Below, piece by piece: positions 20,381 through 29,790 of a stretch of 64,000 nt of DNA. Positions within the stretch are counted from its first letter, which is position 1, and each line of letters begins with the position of its first letter. This stretch comes from Fibrobacteria bacterium (lineage in GTDB: Bacteria; Fibrobacterota; Fibrobacteria; UBA11236; JADFYW01). Below the pieces are notes generated by a model. The model had not been told where the DNA came from. It worked only from the letters and a program-made list of their open reading frames with translations, and did not search any database. The stretch covers positions 143,872-207,871 of the forward strand of contig JBNKOC010000004.1 in NCBI GenBank assembly GCA_050294405.1, given 5' to 3'. A program made the translations under genes and the position numbers.

Positions 20381-20728
20381 TCAGGCTTTTAACCTGTCCA
20401 TCATTTCATTATCCGAATAAAATATTTCAAAAATTTTAAATACGCCGGATTCTTTTAAAATTTTATCTACGGTGGCATGAGGTTTTAGAAGAAAAACGGT
20501 TCCACCTTCTTCTTTATAACGGCGGTGCAAATTAATCAAAACGCCCAAGGCCATAGAATCTATATATTCAATTTTATGGAGGTCTACGATAAAATTTTGG
20601 TCTTTTTCGGGTTTTAAATTCTTTTCAATAAATGCGGAAAATTCATTTACCATATCCAAATCCCATTCCTGCTGCGGGGTAAGAACCACACCAAAATCTT
20701 TTTCTTCAATAATCCAATTAGAATTCAA
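20381..20728 (-). CDS. STAS anti-sigma-factor antagonist
   Basis: VDLHKIEYIDSMALGVL with the phosphorylatable Ser. Confidence 0.9.
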   Translation of the reverse strand: MNSNWIIEEKDFGVVLTPQQEWDLDMVNEFSAFIEKNLKPEKDQNFIVDLHKIEYIDSMALGVLINLHRRYKEEGGTVFLLKPHATVDKILKESGVFKIFEIFYSDNEMMDRLKA

Positions 20729-20736
20729 GTATCCCC

Positions 20737-21087
20737 CTAATTTTTCTGCAAGGCGTTTTCGACTTCTGAATCCTGATATTGAATTTCAAAAAAGGAATGT
20801 AAACCAATGTCCTGCAACAGTTTTTCAATAGCTTGGGAAGGCTTCAGCAGAAATATGCGCCCGCCCTGTTTTTTTATTCGTTTGGAAATAGAAATTATTA
20901 TCCCAATAACCATGGAATCAATATGATTAACATGGCGCAGGTCGAAAATAAAATTTTTATGGCTTGCGGGATCGAAGCTGGTTTCCACATAGGTTAAAAA
21001 TTGATTGGCGATATCCAAATCCCAATCATGCAATAAAACCAATTGGGTTCCATAATCTTTTTCAATTATTTCCCAGTGTTTATCCAT
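20737..21087 (-). CDS. STAS anti-sigma-factor antagonist (tandem paralogue)
   Basis: FDLRHVNHIDSMVIGII; shares W.I.EKD.G...WDLD N-terminus with the neighbour. Confidence 0.9.
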   Translation of the reverse strand: MDKHWEIIEKDYGTQLVLLHDWDLDIANQFLTYVETSFDPASHKNFIFDLRHVNHIDSMVIGIIISISKRIKKQGGRIFLLKPSQAIEKLLQDIGLHSFFEIQYQDSEVENALQKN

Positions 21088-21132
21088 GAGCTTAAATTAA
21101 AATGTTCCTCCCTGTGGAAGCAAGCACCCTTA

Positions 21133-21612
21133 TCAATTAAGTTGCTGATGTGTGGCTATTAAAAACCCCAAATTATAAGACCACATTTCATCTGTGACAT
21201 TATCCGAGGTGTTGGACACTATTAAATCTCCCGAAATGGACTTTAACTTCCTAGATATTTTAACCAATCTACTTCTGTCATGCAAATTCAATTTCAGCAC
21301 TTGGGAAAAATCAAGGCAAATGTGTGTTTTACCCTCTTGCTGCCACTGGCTTACCACTTCAGTGATTTCATCAGTGCTGGATAAATTCTGAACAGTTTCC
21401 CAGGCAACAAGGCTGTAATCATGAATAGAAGCTTTGACTTTGTTGCGACGGCGGTGTTTTAATTTGGCAAAATGCTGGGGAGAGTTTAACCTCCAGGTAG
21501 TGCGGCATTCACGACAAACTATTCTGGAACGAACAGTTATTAGCCGAACCACATATTGGAACCCCTTATCGTGGTTGTATACGTTATCAGATCCACAATT
21601 TGGACAATGCAT
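21133..21612 (-). CDS. Zinc-ribbon plus degenerate STAS domain protein
   Basis: CPNC...CREC, then ICLDFSQV...SGDLIVSN STAS-like segment lacking the DS motif. Confidence 0.65.
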   Translation of the reverse strand: MHCPNCGSDNVYNHDKGFQYVVRLITVRSRIVCRECRTTWRLNSPQHFAKLKHRRRNKVKASIHDYSLVAWETVQNLSSTDEITEVVSQWQQEGKTHICLDFSQVLKLNLHDRSRLVKISRKLKSISGDLIVSNTSDNVTDEMWSYNLGFLIATHQQLN

Positions 21613-21626
21613 TTGTAGTTATTTTA

Positions 21627-22703
21627 TTATTTCCGCGCAGCCCATTCCATAAGCAAATCTAAAATTGTTAAAGCTGCCATTGCTTCTACAATAACCACTG
21701 CCCTGGGTAAAACACAGGGATCATGCCTTCCCTTGGCTAAAAATTCAACTTCTTTTCCTTGAGCATTCACCGTTTGCTGGTTTTTAATAATGGTTGCCGT
21801 AGGCTTAAAAGCAATTTTTCCATAAATGGGCATGCCGTTGGTGACGCCGCCTTGAATTCCCCCAGAACGGTTTGTGCGGGTAGCCACCTTATCCCCATCC
21901 ATAAAAAACACATCGTTGTGCTCGCTACCCTTCATATAGCTGCCTTCAAATCCACTGCCTATTTCGAAACCTTTGGTAGCTGGAATGGATAAAAAAGCCC
22001 TGGCTAATTCTGCCTCGGTTCTATGGAAAATGGGTTCGCCCACGCCAGGAGGGACATTTTTGATTAAAAAAGTTACGCTTCCCCCTAAGGAGTCTCCCTC
22101 TTTGCGGGCCGCTAAAATAGCCTTTTCCATGTGAGCTGCTATTTCCAAATCTGGAGCCCGGACTTTATTGGACTCAATTATTTCTGGATTGACAGATAAA
22201 AAATTACCGCTAAATTCGATACCGGCCACACGAGAAACATAGGCCAAAACATCAATATTCCATTTTTCTTTTAAAATCTTTTTGGCAATAGCTCCTGCTG
22301 CCACCCGGCCAATTGTCTCACGGGCAGAAGAACGACCGCCCCCCCGATAATCTCTATTACCATATTTGCTATGATAAGTATAATCGGCGTGACTGGGCCG
22401 AAAAACCTCGGCGATATTAGAGTAATCCTTTGAGCGTTGATCCGTATTTTTAACCAAAATACTAATTGGAGTACCAGTTGTTTTGCCCTCGAACATACCC
22501 GATAAGATTTCCACTTTGTCCGCTTCGTCGCGCTGAGTGGTAATGTCAGATTGACCGGGTCTTCGCTTATCCAATTCCTTTTGGATATAAGCCTCATCCA
22601 ACTCAATTCCTGCGGGGCAACCATCTATAACAGCGCCAACAGCTGGCCCGTGGCTTTCCCCCCAGGTGGATACGGTAAATAGTTTTCCCCAAATGCTGGA
22701 CAT
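21627..22703 (-). CDS. aroC: Chorismate synthase
   Basis: GESHG, RPSHAD, GGGRSSARET and GRHDPC motifs. Confidence 0.97.
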   Translation of the reverse strand: MSSIWGKLFTVSTWGESHGPAVGAVIDGCPAGIELDEAYIQKELDKRRPGQSDITTQRDEADKVEILSGMFEGKTTGTPISILVKNTDQRSKDYSNIAEVFRPSHADYTYHSKYGNRDYRGGGRSSARETIGRVAAGAIAKKILKEKWNIDVLAYVSRVAGIEFSGNFLSVNPEIIESNKVRAPDLEIAAHMEKAILAARKEGDSLGGSVTFLIKNVPPGVGEPIFHRTEAELARAFLSIPATKGFEIGSGFEGSYMKGSEHNDVFFMDGDKVATRTNRSGGIQGGVTNGMPIYGKIAFKPTATIIKNQQTVNAQGKEVEFLAKGRHDPCVLPRAVVIVEAMAALTILDLLMEWAARK

Positions 22704-22720
22704 AGATTTAGCCAGTAAAT

Positions 22721-23578
22721 TTACAATTTTTTTTCTAAAAACTTAAGAATTTCAGCGTAAATGGCTTCTACTGGGGGGTCAAAACCAAATGAATCTACAA
22801 CTTTGCATGTGGTTTTGTGTGGGTTCCACCAATACTCGTACTTTTGGCGATTGGTTCTGCCTCTGGCGTATTTTTTAGTGTCCGTCCAAACTAAATGGGG
22901 AGTTTTACACAGACTGGCCAAATGCATGGGACCGGAAGAAGGCCCAATTAGAAGTTTAGTTGAGGCAAGTAAATCCATGGTAAAGCTCAAATCCCTATTC
23001 CGGTAATCCCCAAAATTTGAGAACAAATCCAAGGTGGCCGAACTAAGGCCAATGCATCCCAAATTTAAATTGGAATCCTGGAGCTTTTTTAATAGCTGCT
23101 CCCATTTTTCTTTACTCCAATTTCTATCGCTACCAAAATTTCGGCCGCGGGGGTGAAACAAAATATCTGTTTTTAAATCCTCATTAATAGATCCGTATTC
23201 TATAAAATGCTTGCGAATATCCGGCTGCCAGCCCACTGTGGGCAAATGATCCATGTCATCCGTTATTTGAGACATCACTCTTTGGTATTCTTCGGGATTA
23301 ACAATATCAAGAGCCTTATTGCATTCGGCAGTTCCTTGGATGTTATGGGGAATAAAATCACCGCAAAAATCCGCATAAAGCGATTCGTTGCCTTTTCGGC
23401 AACTCACTATAATTTTTTTGTATTGCGGCGAAAGCCAGCGCAAAAAGCTTTGCCAATTTAAAAGCTCCCAACCGAACTCCCCCAGCCAGGGACCGGCAAA
23501 TAGGATTTCTTTTTTTTGTCCGCGTTCCCGGAGAAAGTTAGGCCGAAACACCCAGCTTAAAATATCTCGCCGAATCAA
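22721..23578 (-). CDS. GT9-like glycosyltransferase
   Basis: C-terminal LLIGPSSGPMHLASL motif and R.W..EKW segment. Confidence 0.65.
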   Translation of the reverse strand: MIRRDILSWVFRPNFLRERGQKKEILFAGPWLGEFGWELLNWQSFLRWLSPQYKKIIVSCRKGNESLYADFCGDFIPHNIQGTAECNKALDIVNPEEYQRVMSQITDDMDHLPTVGWQPDIRKHFIEYGSINEDLKTDILFHPRGRNFGSDRNWSKEKWEQLLKKLQDSNLNLGCIGLSSATLDLFSNFGDYRNRDLSFTMDLLASTKLLIGPSSGPMHLASLCKTPHLVWTDTKKYARGRTNRQKYEYWWNPHKTTCKVVDSFGFDPPVEAIYAEILKFLEKKL

Positions 23579-25713
23579 TTTTTAGAAAGCTCTCTTAAAG
23601 GTTTGTTTTGCTCGTTAGGCATAAGAAGATTGTTTTCTAATATATGCATATTTAACCTAACTCTGGTGTTGGCCAATTTTTTTATTTCCTCTTCTTCAAA
23701 GTTAACCTTTCCATATAGATTTTTTTCTTCCCTTCTATCATCAATGGCGTGAAATAATTCTTTACCTTGCTGGCGGGGTTCCTTGCCCCAACCATCATGC
23801 CAACGCAAATCCTCAAACTCGTATAAAAATTGTTCTCCCCAAAAAGACATGGATGTATTGTTTTCCAAAACTTTTTTCCCTAATAAGCTATGACCAACAA
23901 AATGGTTGGGGCTTTCTATTCCTGCTAAATCGAGAAGTGTGGGGCCAATATCCACCTGACTTCCGATTTGGGGGTTAAAACCAATTTCGCCAAGTTCTGG
24001 GTGATTCCCAAAAACAACAAAGGGAATCCAACTGTGTTCGCTGTAAAGCCCATAGCCCATTTTTGCACTGTTGTGAGAACCTAAAGAAAAGCCGTGGTCG
24101 GCCATTCCAATAAACAAAGTCCGTGAAAACCAGGGCTTATTTTTAACCGCTTCGTAGAGTTTTTGCAAACCCCTTTCCGAATAGGACATGGTGCCTCCCA
24201 TCCTGGTAACCAAATCCGCCCCCTGCGGGTGCGGTTCCATCCCATCCACTTCGTTAAAGGGGTAATGGTTTGCTTTTGTTAGCGCTGCCACCATAAAGGG
24301 CTGGTTGTCGGGAATAGAATCCAGCATCCACTCCGTCATGTATGCAAACATATCCCAGTCTTTTTCACGGAATCTGCTGTAGCTATAACCTTGATACCAC
24401 TGGGCCAACCAGGGTGTTTTGTTATCCCAAGCTGGGTCGGAACTGGAAAAAAAATGGGTTTTATAACCAGCATCCCCAAGAATACTGGTAAAACTTTTGT
24501 TGTTGAGGCCCGGTAAGGAAGTAGCAACATGTTTAAAGGGATGTTCCCAAACGGATAAATGGGTAGCCAGAAACGCTCCTATGGTTGGCATTCCCGATAC
24601 ATTAAACCTGGGCCACACATGCCCTTCCTCCGCCAAAAAATTTAAAAAAGGTGTGGCATCGGATGTGGCTCCATAGGGTTGTAAAAAACCACAGCTCCAG
24701 GATTGGTGGCTTTCAAAAAACACCATTACAATGTTCCAGGGAATAGAATCCATGCCGGAGCAATTCTCATCAATGCCGTTTGATTGCTTTTCCGCTGCAT
24801 TGGGATGTATAGTGGAGTCCCTGTCATTACAATCCATTTTTAACACATAACCATCTTTATCAAAATCTGCACTGCAATTTATCGCACCGGAAGGAATATT
24901 GGCTTGGCACAATTGATGGGGAGTCATTTTATAATAAGGGTATTCCTCAAAAGGAAAAACCCATTTGCTGCTGTCTGCCAACTCCTGATAGTTTTTTTGA
25001 AAGCTCTCTCCAAATTGAGAAAAAGTAGCCGGGTCCAATTTATGAGAGCGGTTTTCCACAGCTTCATGCCATAATACATATATCATAGGCATGAGTTTTT
25101 TTTCCCTAAATCCTCCGGTCCAGATAATCTCTGTATAGGTCCAAGATATCCCGTAAAGCGCAATTAAAAATATAAACTGGAATTTAAAACTCACGGATAT
25201 GGAACGCAAACGAACATACACGAATCTAAAAACCGGCCAAATAACAATAGCCAAAACAACTCCCAAATAGGGTATAGATTTATCCTGCGAAAGCAGCACG
25301 GGAACATCTCTAAAGGAAGCTCCATTTCCATAGGTTTGGAAGAAATTGAAACTCAGGTGGCCACCGTAAAAGCGGTGGATTTCATGATCAAAAATGCTTA
25401 ACAAGAGAAAAAAACTGTGGAAAACTAAATAAAAAACAAACATCAGTTTGTATACATTTGATTTTATCTGCTTATTGAGAAGCCAGCTATATAATATAAG
25501 AGGCAGCGACCAGAGGGCAATCCACTGAAAGTCCAAGGCAAAAGCGTGAAATATGTACCAATCAAATTTAGCCACAAAAGGAAATCCAAAGGCATCACTA
25601 CGTCCCAGGACAAAACACCTAAAGATAAAGTGAGAAATTAAAACGGCTAATATTAAAGCAAAAGTTTTCTGAAATGGATAAAATGCTCTGGATTTCAAAA
25701 TATCAAAACTCAA
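23575..25713 (-). CDS. LTA-synthase/sulfatase-family membrane phosphotransferase with an inserted Cys/Asp metal-binding motif
   Basis: Five N-terminal TMs; NIVMVFFES, candidate catalytic Thr (GMPT), NHYPF, ADHG and SQVDIGPTLLDL motifs. Confidence 0.85.
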   Translation of the reverse strand: MSFDILKSRAFYPFQKTFALILAVLISHFIFRCFVLGRSDAFGFPFVAKFDWYIFHAFALDFQWIALWSLPLILYSWLLNKQIKSNVYKLMFVFYLVFHSFFLLLSIFDHEIHRFYGGHLSFNFFQTYGNGASFRDVPVLLSQDKSIPYLGVVLAIVIWPVFRFVYVRLRSISVSFKFQFIFLIALYGISWTYTEIIWTGGFREKKLMPMIYVLWHEAVENRSHKLDPATFSQFGESFQKNYQELADSSKWVFPFEEYPYYKMTPHQLCQANIPSGAINCSADFDKDGYVLKMDCNDRDSTIHPNAAEKQSNGIDENCSGMDSIPWNIVMVFFESHQSWSCGFLQPYGATSDATPFLNFLAEEGHVWPRFNVSGMPTIGAFLATHLSVWEHPFKHVATSLPGLNNKSFTSILGDAGYKTHFFSSSDPAWDNKTPWLAQWYQGYSYSRFREKDWDMFAYMTEWMLDSIPDNQPFMVAALTKANHYPFNEVDGMEPHPQGADLVTRMGGTMSYSERGLQKLYEAVKNKPWFSRTLFIGMADHGFSLGSHNSAKMGYGLYSEHSWIPFVVFGNHPELGEIGFNPQIGSQVDIGPTLLDLAGIESPNHFVGHSLLGKKVLENNTSMSFWGEQFLYEFEDLRWHDGWGKEPRQQGKELFHAIDDRREEKNLYGKVNFEEEEIKKLANTRVRLNMHILENNLLMPNEQNKPLRELSKN

Positions 25714-25723
25714 TCAAAAAATT

Positions 25724-26263
25724 TTAATAAGGAAAAAACTGGGTCTGAAAATAAATAGAAATAGCAAAACATAAAACTGCCAAAACAATTCCCCCCATAA
25801 CATCTGTAAAATAATGGACTCCAAAATAAACTCTGGAAAAAGCCCATATAACAGAAAAACTGGAAATTATTATAGCCAGTTTTGGTAAATATAAAAAACA
25901 GGCTAAACTTGTGGCCAAATTATTCATAACATGCCCAGAGGGAAATGAATATTTATCCACGGGAGGCACCTCTGCCAAAATAGTCTGGTCCATTACAAAG
26001 GGCCTTGGACGTTTTAATCCATTTTTTATAATCAAATACAAAGTTAGGCTAAAAAGGGAGGTCAGCAAAATTCGCAGCAAGTTGGATTTCCACTGCAGTG
26101 GGTAATAATAAATAAGGGCAATTAAGGGAAGAATCCAGATATAGCCATCCCCAACCCTCACGAAAAAAGTCCACAGTCTTAAAGTTCCAGGTGAAAAGCT
26201 CAGTTTGCGAATTAGCGAATAAAAGCGATTGTCTAAATTTTGAATAAATTTCAGATTATTCAT
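25724..26263 (-). CDS. PAP2-family phosphatase
   Basis: K....RPRP, SFPSGH and SRVYFGVHY.TDV motifs. Confidence 0.92.
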   Translation of the reverse strand: MNNLKFIQNLDNRFYSLIRKLSFSPGTLRLWTFFVRVGDGYIWILPLIALIYYYPLQWKSNLLRILLTSLFSLTLYLIIKNGLKRPRPFVMDQTILAEVPPVDKYSFPSGHVMNNLATSLACFLYLPKLAIIISSFSVIWAFSRVYFGVHYFTDVMGGIVLAVLCFAISIYFQTQFFPY

Positions 26264-26479
26264 TTGTGTTTCAAAGAAATGATAATTTTAATTCCTAAAG
26301 AGGTTTTTTCCAAAAAGGACGGCATTTATCCAGGTTTTTGGGCGTTTAGGCCCTAATAATTTGGGCAAAGATTTGCTGTTTGGGTATTTTTTTAATTTCC
26401 CGTGTGGTATTTATATTTATGGCTTATTTATTTCGGGACAGTTATTCGCAAAGTTTAATATGAAGAGTCAGATTCATTA

Positions 26480-27964
26480 ATGAATGACCCAATTAAAAAA
26501 AGTATTCAAAGAGGCGCAATTATCCAGGCCCTCGGAAATATTTTCCGGCTTGGTGAATTTGGCTTAACCTTATTGGCGGCAAAGTTATTTGGGAGTTTGA
26601 TTTGGGGCCAATATATATTTATTACCACCCTGATTTTACCGATAATTAGGCTTTCCACACTAGGATTGGATAAAGGCCTTATATGGTTAATTGCAAAGTT
26701 CAGAAAACAAAAATTTCCGAAAGCCCTCTTTATTCGAATTTGCGTCCATACCTTGACTTCCTCCATAATATTGACTGGGATGTTTTTGATCTACAATTTT
26801 ATTTATGGAAGTAACAATGAGTCAAAACTAATCGACCCTATTTCTTTTATGTTAGTCTTATGTTGCATTCCCATTCTGGCTTTAACAAATTTGAATTTAG
26901 GCGTGTCCATTGGAAAAAAAAGAATTGAAGATGAAATTGTTATCAGAACAATAATATATCCAATATTTTATCTTGCCTTGCCATGTGCACTTTATTTCTT
27001 ACCCCTGGGGATACGTACTCTTAGTTGGTGTTTTTTATCCGGAACCTTCGTGGGGTTTTTATATAGCATAAAAGTATATTATCAAAAAAACGTGATTCAA
27101 TTCAGAAGTACGCACTCATTAAATAGGATTAAATTTTTAACAGCAAAACTATATAGTTATTCTTGGCCCCTGGGAATAAAAGAGTTTATGCTTTCTGCTA
27201 TGCAAAGAGTTGACATTTGGAGTCTCGCCTATTTCTTGGATGCCCGTTCTGTTGGAGTTTATGGACTTGCCCTTGCTATTGGAAACTCTCTTAAAACAAT
27301 ACGCATGGCATTAGACCCGGTAATGCTTCCAATTTTTGCTGAAATGAAAAGAAGAGTGGATGATGACAAAATCAAGCAATCTTTCATTTATGTGTCCCAG
27401 CTGGTAACGATGGTACAGTTCCCAGTTCTTGCGGCACTGCTCTTTTTTTCATCTAATATTTTGCAGCTTTCTGGATCCGAATATTTGGAGGGAGAACCTG
27501 CCCTTATTGTTTTTGGGATAACATTCCTTTTTAATGGATATTTTGGCCTCAGTGCAATGATTGTAATGGGTCTGGATAAATCGCGTTGGGCTTTAATCAA
27601 TGACAGTTTAAGTGTAGTGCTATCCATTTTATTAAATTTGTTACTTGTACCAAAATTAGGGATTATTGGCGCCGCAATTTCAACCTCTCTCACATACATC
27701 ATTATCAATTTAATCTGGTTTTGTGAGGCATGTTATCTGACTAAAAAAATACTTTTGGAGACAAAAAGTTTAATATGGTTTATTTCACATAGCGTTCTAT
27801 TAGCTTTAGTTTTTGGTGGATACAACCACCTACAAATGGCGCCTGAGCTAACTAAAAAAACCTTGTTTTTTAGTCTTTACCTAATTGTTTTTTTGGGGTT
27901 AGAAATAAAACTTCATCCAAATCATATAAAATCCATACAATCGGTTTTTAAAAAGGAAAAATAA
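26480..27964 (+). CDS. Wzx/MOP-family oligosaccharide flippase
   Basis: Many TMs; VGVYGLA and NLLLVPKLGIIGAAIST C-terminal motif. Confidence 0.85.
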   Translation: MNDPIKKSIQRGAIIQALGNIFRLGEFGLTLLAAKLFGSLIWGQYIFITTLILPIIRLSTLGLDKGLIWLIAKFRKQKFPKALFIRICVHTLTSSIILTGMFLIYNFIYGSNNESKLIDPISFMLVLCCIPILALTNLNLGVSIGKKRIEDEIVIRTIIYPIFYLALPCALYFLPLGIRTLSWCFLSGTFVGFLYSIKVYYQKNVIQFRSTHSLNRIKFLTAKLYSYSWPLGIKEFMLSAMQRVDIWSLAYFLDARSVGVYGLALAIGNSLKTIRMALDPVMLPIFAEMKRRVDDDKIKQSFIYVSQLVTMVQFPVLAALLFFSSNILQLSGSEYLEGEPALIVFGITFLFNGYFGLSAMIVMGLDKSRWALINDSLSVVLSILLNLLLVPKLGIIGAAISTSLTYIIINLIWFCEACYLTKKILLETKSLIWFISHSVLLALVFGGYNHLQMAPELTKKTLFFSLYLIVFLGLEIKLHPNHIKSIQSVFKKEK

Positions 27965-27979
27965 AGCTTTGGGACCAGA

Positions 27980-28627
27980 TTATATTTTTGGAGACAGTAC
28001 AAAGAGCAAATCTCCAGTGTGTAATCCCAATTTTAAATGGATTTTTCTTAAAACTTCGTAAGAAACAATGTTGTATTTCAGACCTAATTTTGCCAAATAT
28101 GAAAGGTTCGGCTTATGATCCGCGATAACCAAGTCAAATCCAGCGTCTTGGGATATTCTTTTTAAAGTATTAGCCGTAAACGGTCTTTGATGTGTGTAGT
28201 CATCCCAGAAGTTTGCCTTTTTTCGATTTCTGGCAATGAGATAATCAGGCGTTTCAATAACAAGCCTACCTCCAGGTAGTAGCGCAGCTTTTATTTTTTT
28301 TAACACGGACAATGGGTTTGAGAAATGCTCAATCACATGTCTCATGTATATTACATTGTATTTACAATCAGGATCAAACTGCTCTTCGACAACATTAAAA
28401 AACCTGCAATTTAATTTTCGGCCTTTAGCAATTGCTAATGCTTCCTCATCTATATCTACACCTTCAATCTTTTCAGAATCGAGAGCAACTAGGTTCCCAA
28501 TGGAACAGCCTATCTCCAAATGAGGGCCTGGTAAACCACCTGCACAGTGGATTAGGTATACATTTTTATCAACCAATTGCTGCAATTCATTTTTAAAAAC
28601 ATACTGTGTATCGGTATAATAGCTCAT
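27980..28627 (-). CDS. Class I SAM-dependent methyltransferase
   Basis: LEIGCSIG, GVDID, HVIEH and LLPGGRLVIETP motifs. Confidence 0.9.
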   Translation of the reverse strand: MSYYTDTQYVFKNELQQLVDKNVYLIHCAGGLPGPHLEIGCSIGNLVALDSEKIEGVDIDEEALAIAKGRKLNCRFFNVVEEQFDPDCKYNVIYMRHVIEHFSNPLSVLKKIKAALLPGGRLVIETPDYLIARNRKKANFWDDYTHQRPFTANTLKRISQDAGFDLVIADHKPNLSYLAKLGLKYNIVSYEVLRKIHLKLGLHTGDLLFVLSPKI

Positions 28628-28639
28628 TAAAATTTAAAC

Positions 28640-29785
28640 CTATCTTATTTCTGTAATGAATTGTCCCCAATACTCTTGGCTTACGCTTTTCCAGTTTGCC
28701 TTTTGAAGCACATGCCTTCTCGCATTAGCCCCCATCAATCTTAATTTTTCTGGATTTTTATAAAGGTCCAAAATTTTTTCACCTAAATCCTTATAATCCT
28801 CAGGTTGAATAAGCAAACCTGTTTTCCCGTCAATAACTGCATCAGGAATTCCCCCACTATATGAACCAATGGATGGTGTCTCACAAGCCCCTGCCTCCAA
28901 AAAAACAATTCCAAAGCCTTCCACTTCAGGAGGATTGTCGTATCTACGACTTGGGTGAACAAATAAATCTGCAGCCGAATAATAATCTGCCAATTTGCTT
29001 TGCTCCACAGCCCCAATAAAAAACACTTTTTCGTCTAAATCCAGCTGTTTTACTAATGTTTTCAATCTAATTTCATCTGGTCCATTTCCACCAATAACAT
29101 AAATTATGTTTTCAGTTTTTAATTCTTCCATTGCTCTAATTACTGTGTCCATTCCCTTGCGCTTTACTAGCCGACACAAAGAAAAACAAACAAAGATATT
29201 TTCATCCGCTAACCAGGGAAACAAATCTCTCTTTTTAAGGTTCCGTGGATAAAATTCTTCTGGATTTGTGCCTAAAGAAATAATCCTCCGGTTCGTATTG
29301 CTGACATCGTACTCTGACACTAAAGCATCTGTAAAGTGACTGATAGAAATTACTTTAGATGCATTTTTCAGTATAGCTTTTCTCATCATATTATACGGAA
29401 TAAAACTCGATGGCAACACTTCCAGCCCTAGACCTATAATTATGTATGGAACACCTTTCACCCTATTCCAAAAAAAAGTTCCCAGGCCAGAAGTTACCTG
29501 CATATTGATTATTAATTGCGGCTTTTTCTTCCAAGCTATCAAAGGAACCAAAATAGCAGACCAGAAAAAAGTGGATATTCTACCCGCTCCTGGAAAATGA
29601 TAATACGACTCAAGCTTTTTGAAATTGGGATTAGTTTCTAACGTTGCTCTTGTCTGACCAAAATGGCAAAATGTAATGCTCAATTCTTTTTGGTTCAAAC
29701 CATGTAACAACAATTGCTCTGCCATTGTTTCAATCCCTCCTTTGGAAGGAGGAAAATTCCTGGAAATAAATAAAACCTTGCTCAT
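28640..29785 (-). CDS. GT4 glycosyltransferase
   Basis: FPPSKGGI, RLVKRKG and EGFGIVFLEA motifs. Confidence 0.93.
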   Translation of the reverse strand: MSKVLFISRNFPPSKGGIETMAEQLLLHGLNQKELSITFCHFGQTRATLETNPNFKKLESYYHFPGAGRISTFFWSAILVPLIAWKKKPQLIINMQVTSGLGTFFWNRVKGVPYIIIGLGLEVLPSSFIPYNMMRKAILKNASKVISISHFTDALVSEYDVSNTNRRIISLGTNPEEFYPRNLKKRDLFPWLADENIFVCFSLCRLVKRKGMDTVIRAMEELKTENIIYVIGGNGPDEIRLKTLVKQLDLDEKVFFIGAVEQSKLADYYSAADLFVHPSRRYDNPPEVEGFGIVFLEAGACETPSIGSYSGGIPDAVIDGKTGLLIQPEDYKDLGEKILDLYKNPEKLRLMGANARRHVLQKANWKSVSQEYWGQFITEIR

Positions 29786-29790
29786 TCAAG

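Noticed and set aside
26361..26377. Possible sigma54 promoter TTGGGCAAAGATTTGCT before the flippase
   Set aside because: GG-N10-GC spacing fits but the -24 box is poor and there is no supporting context.
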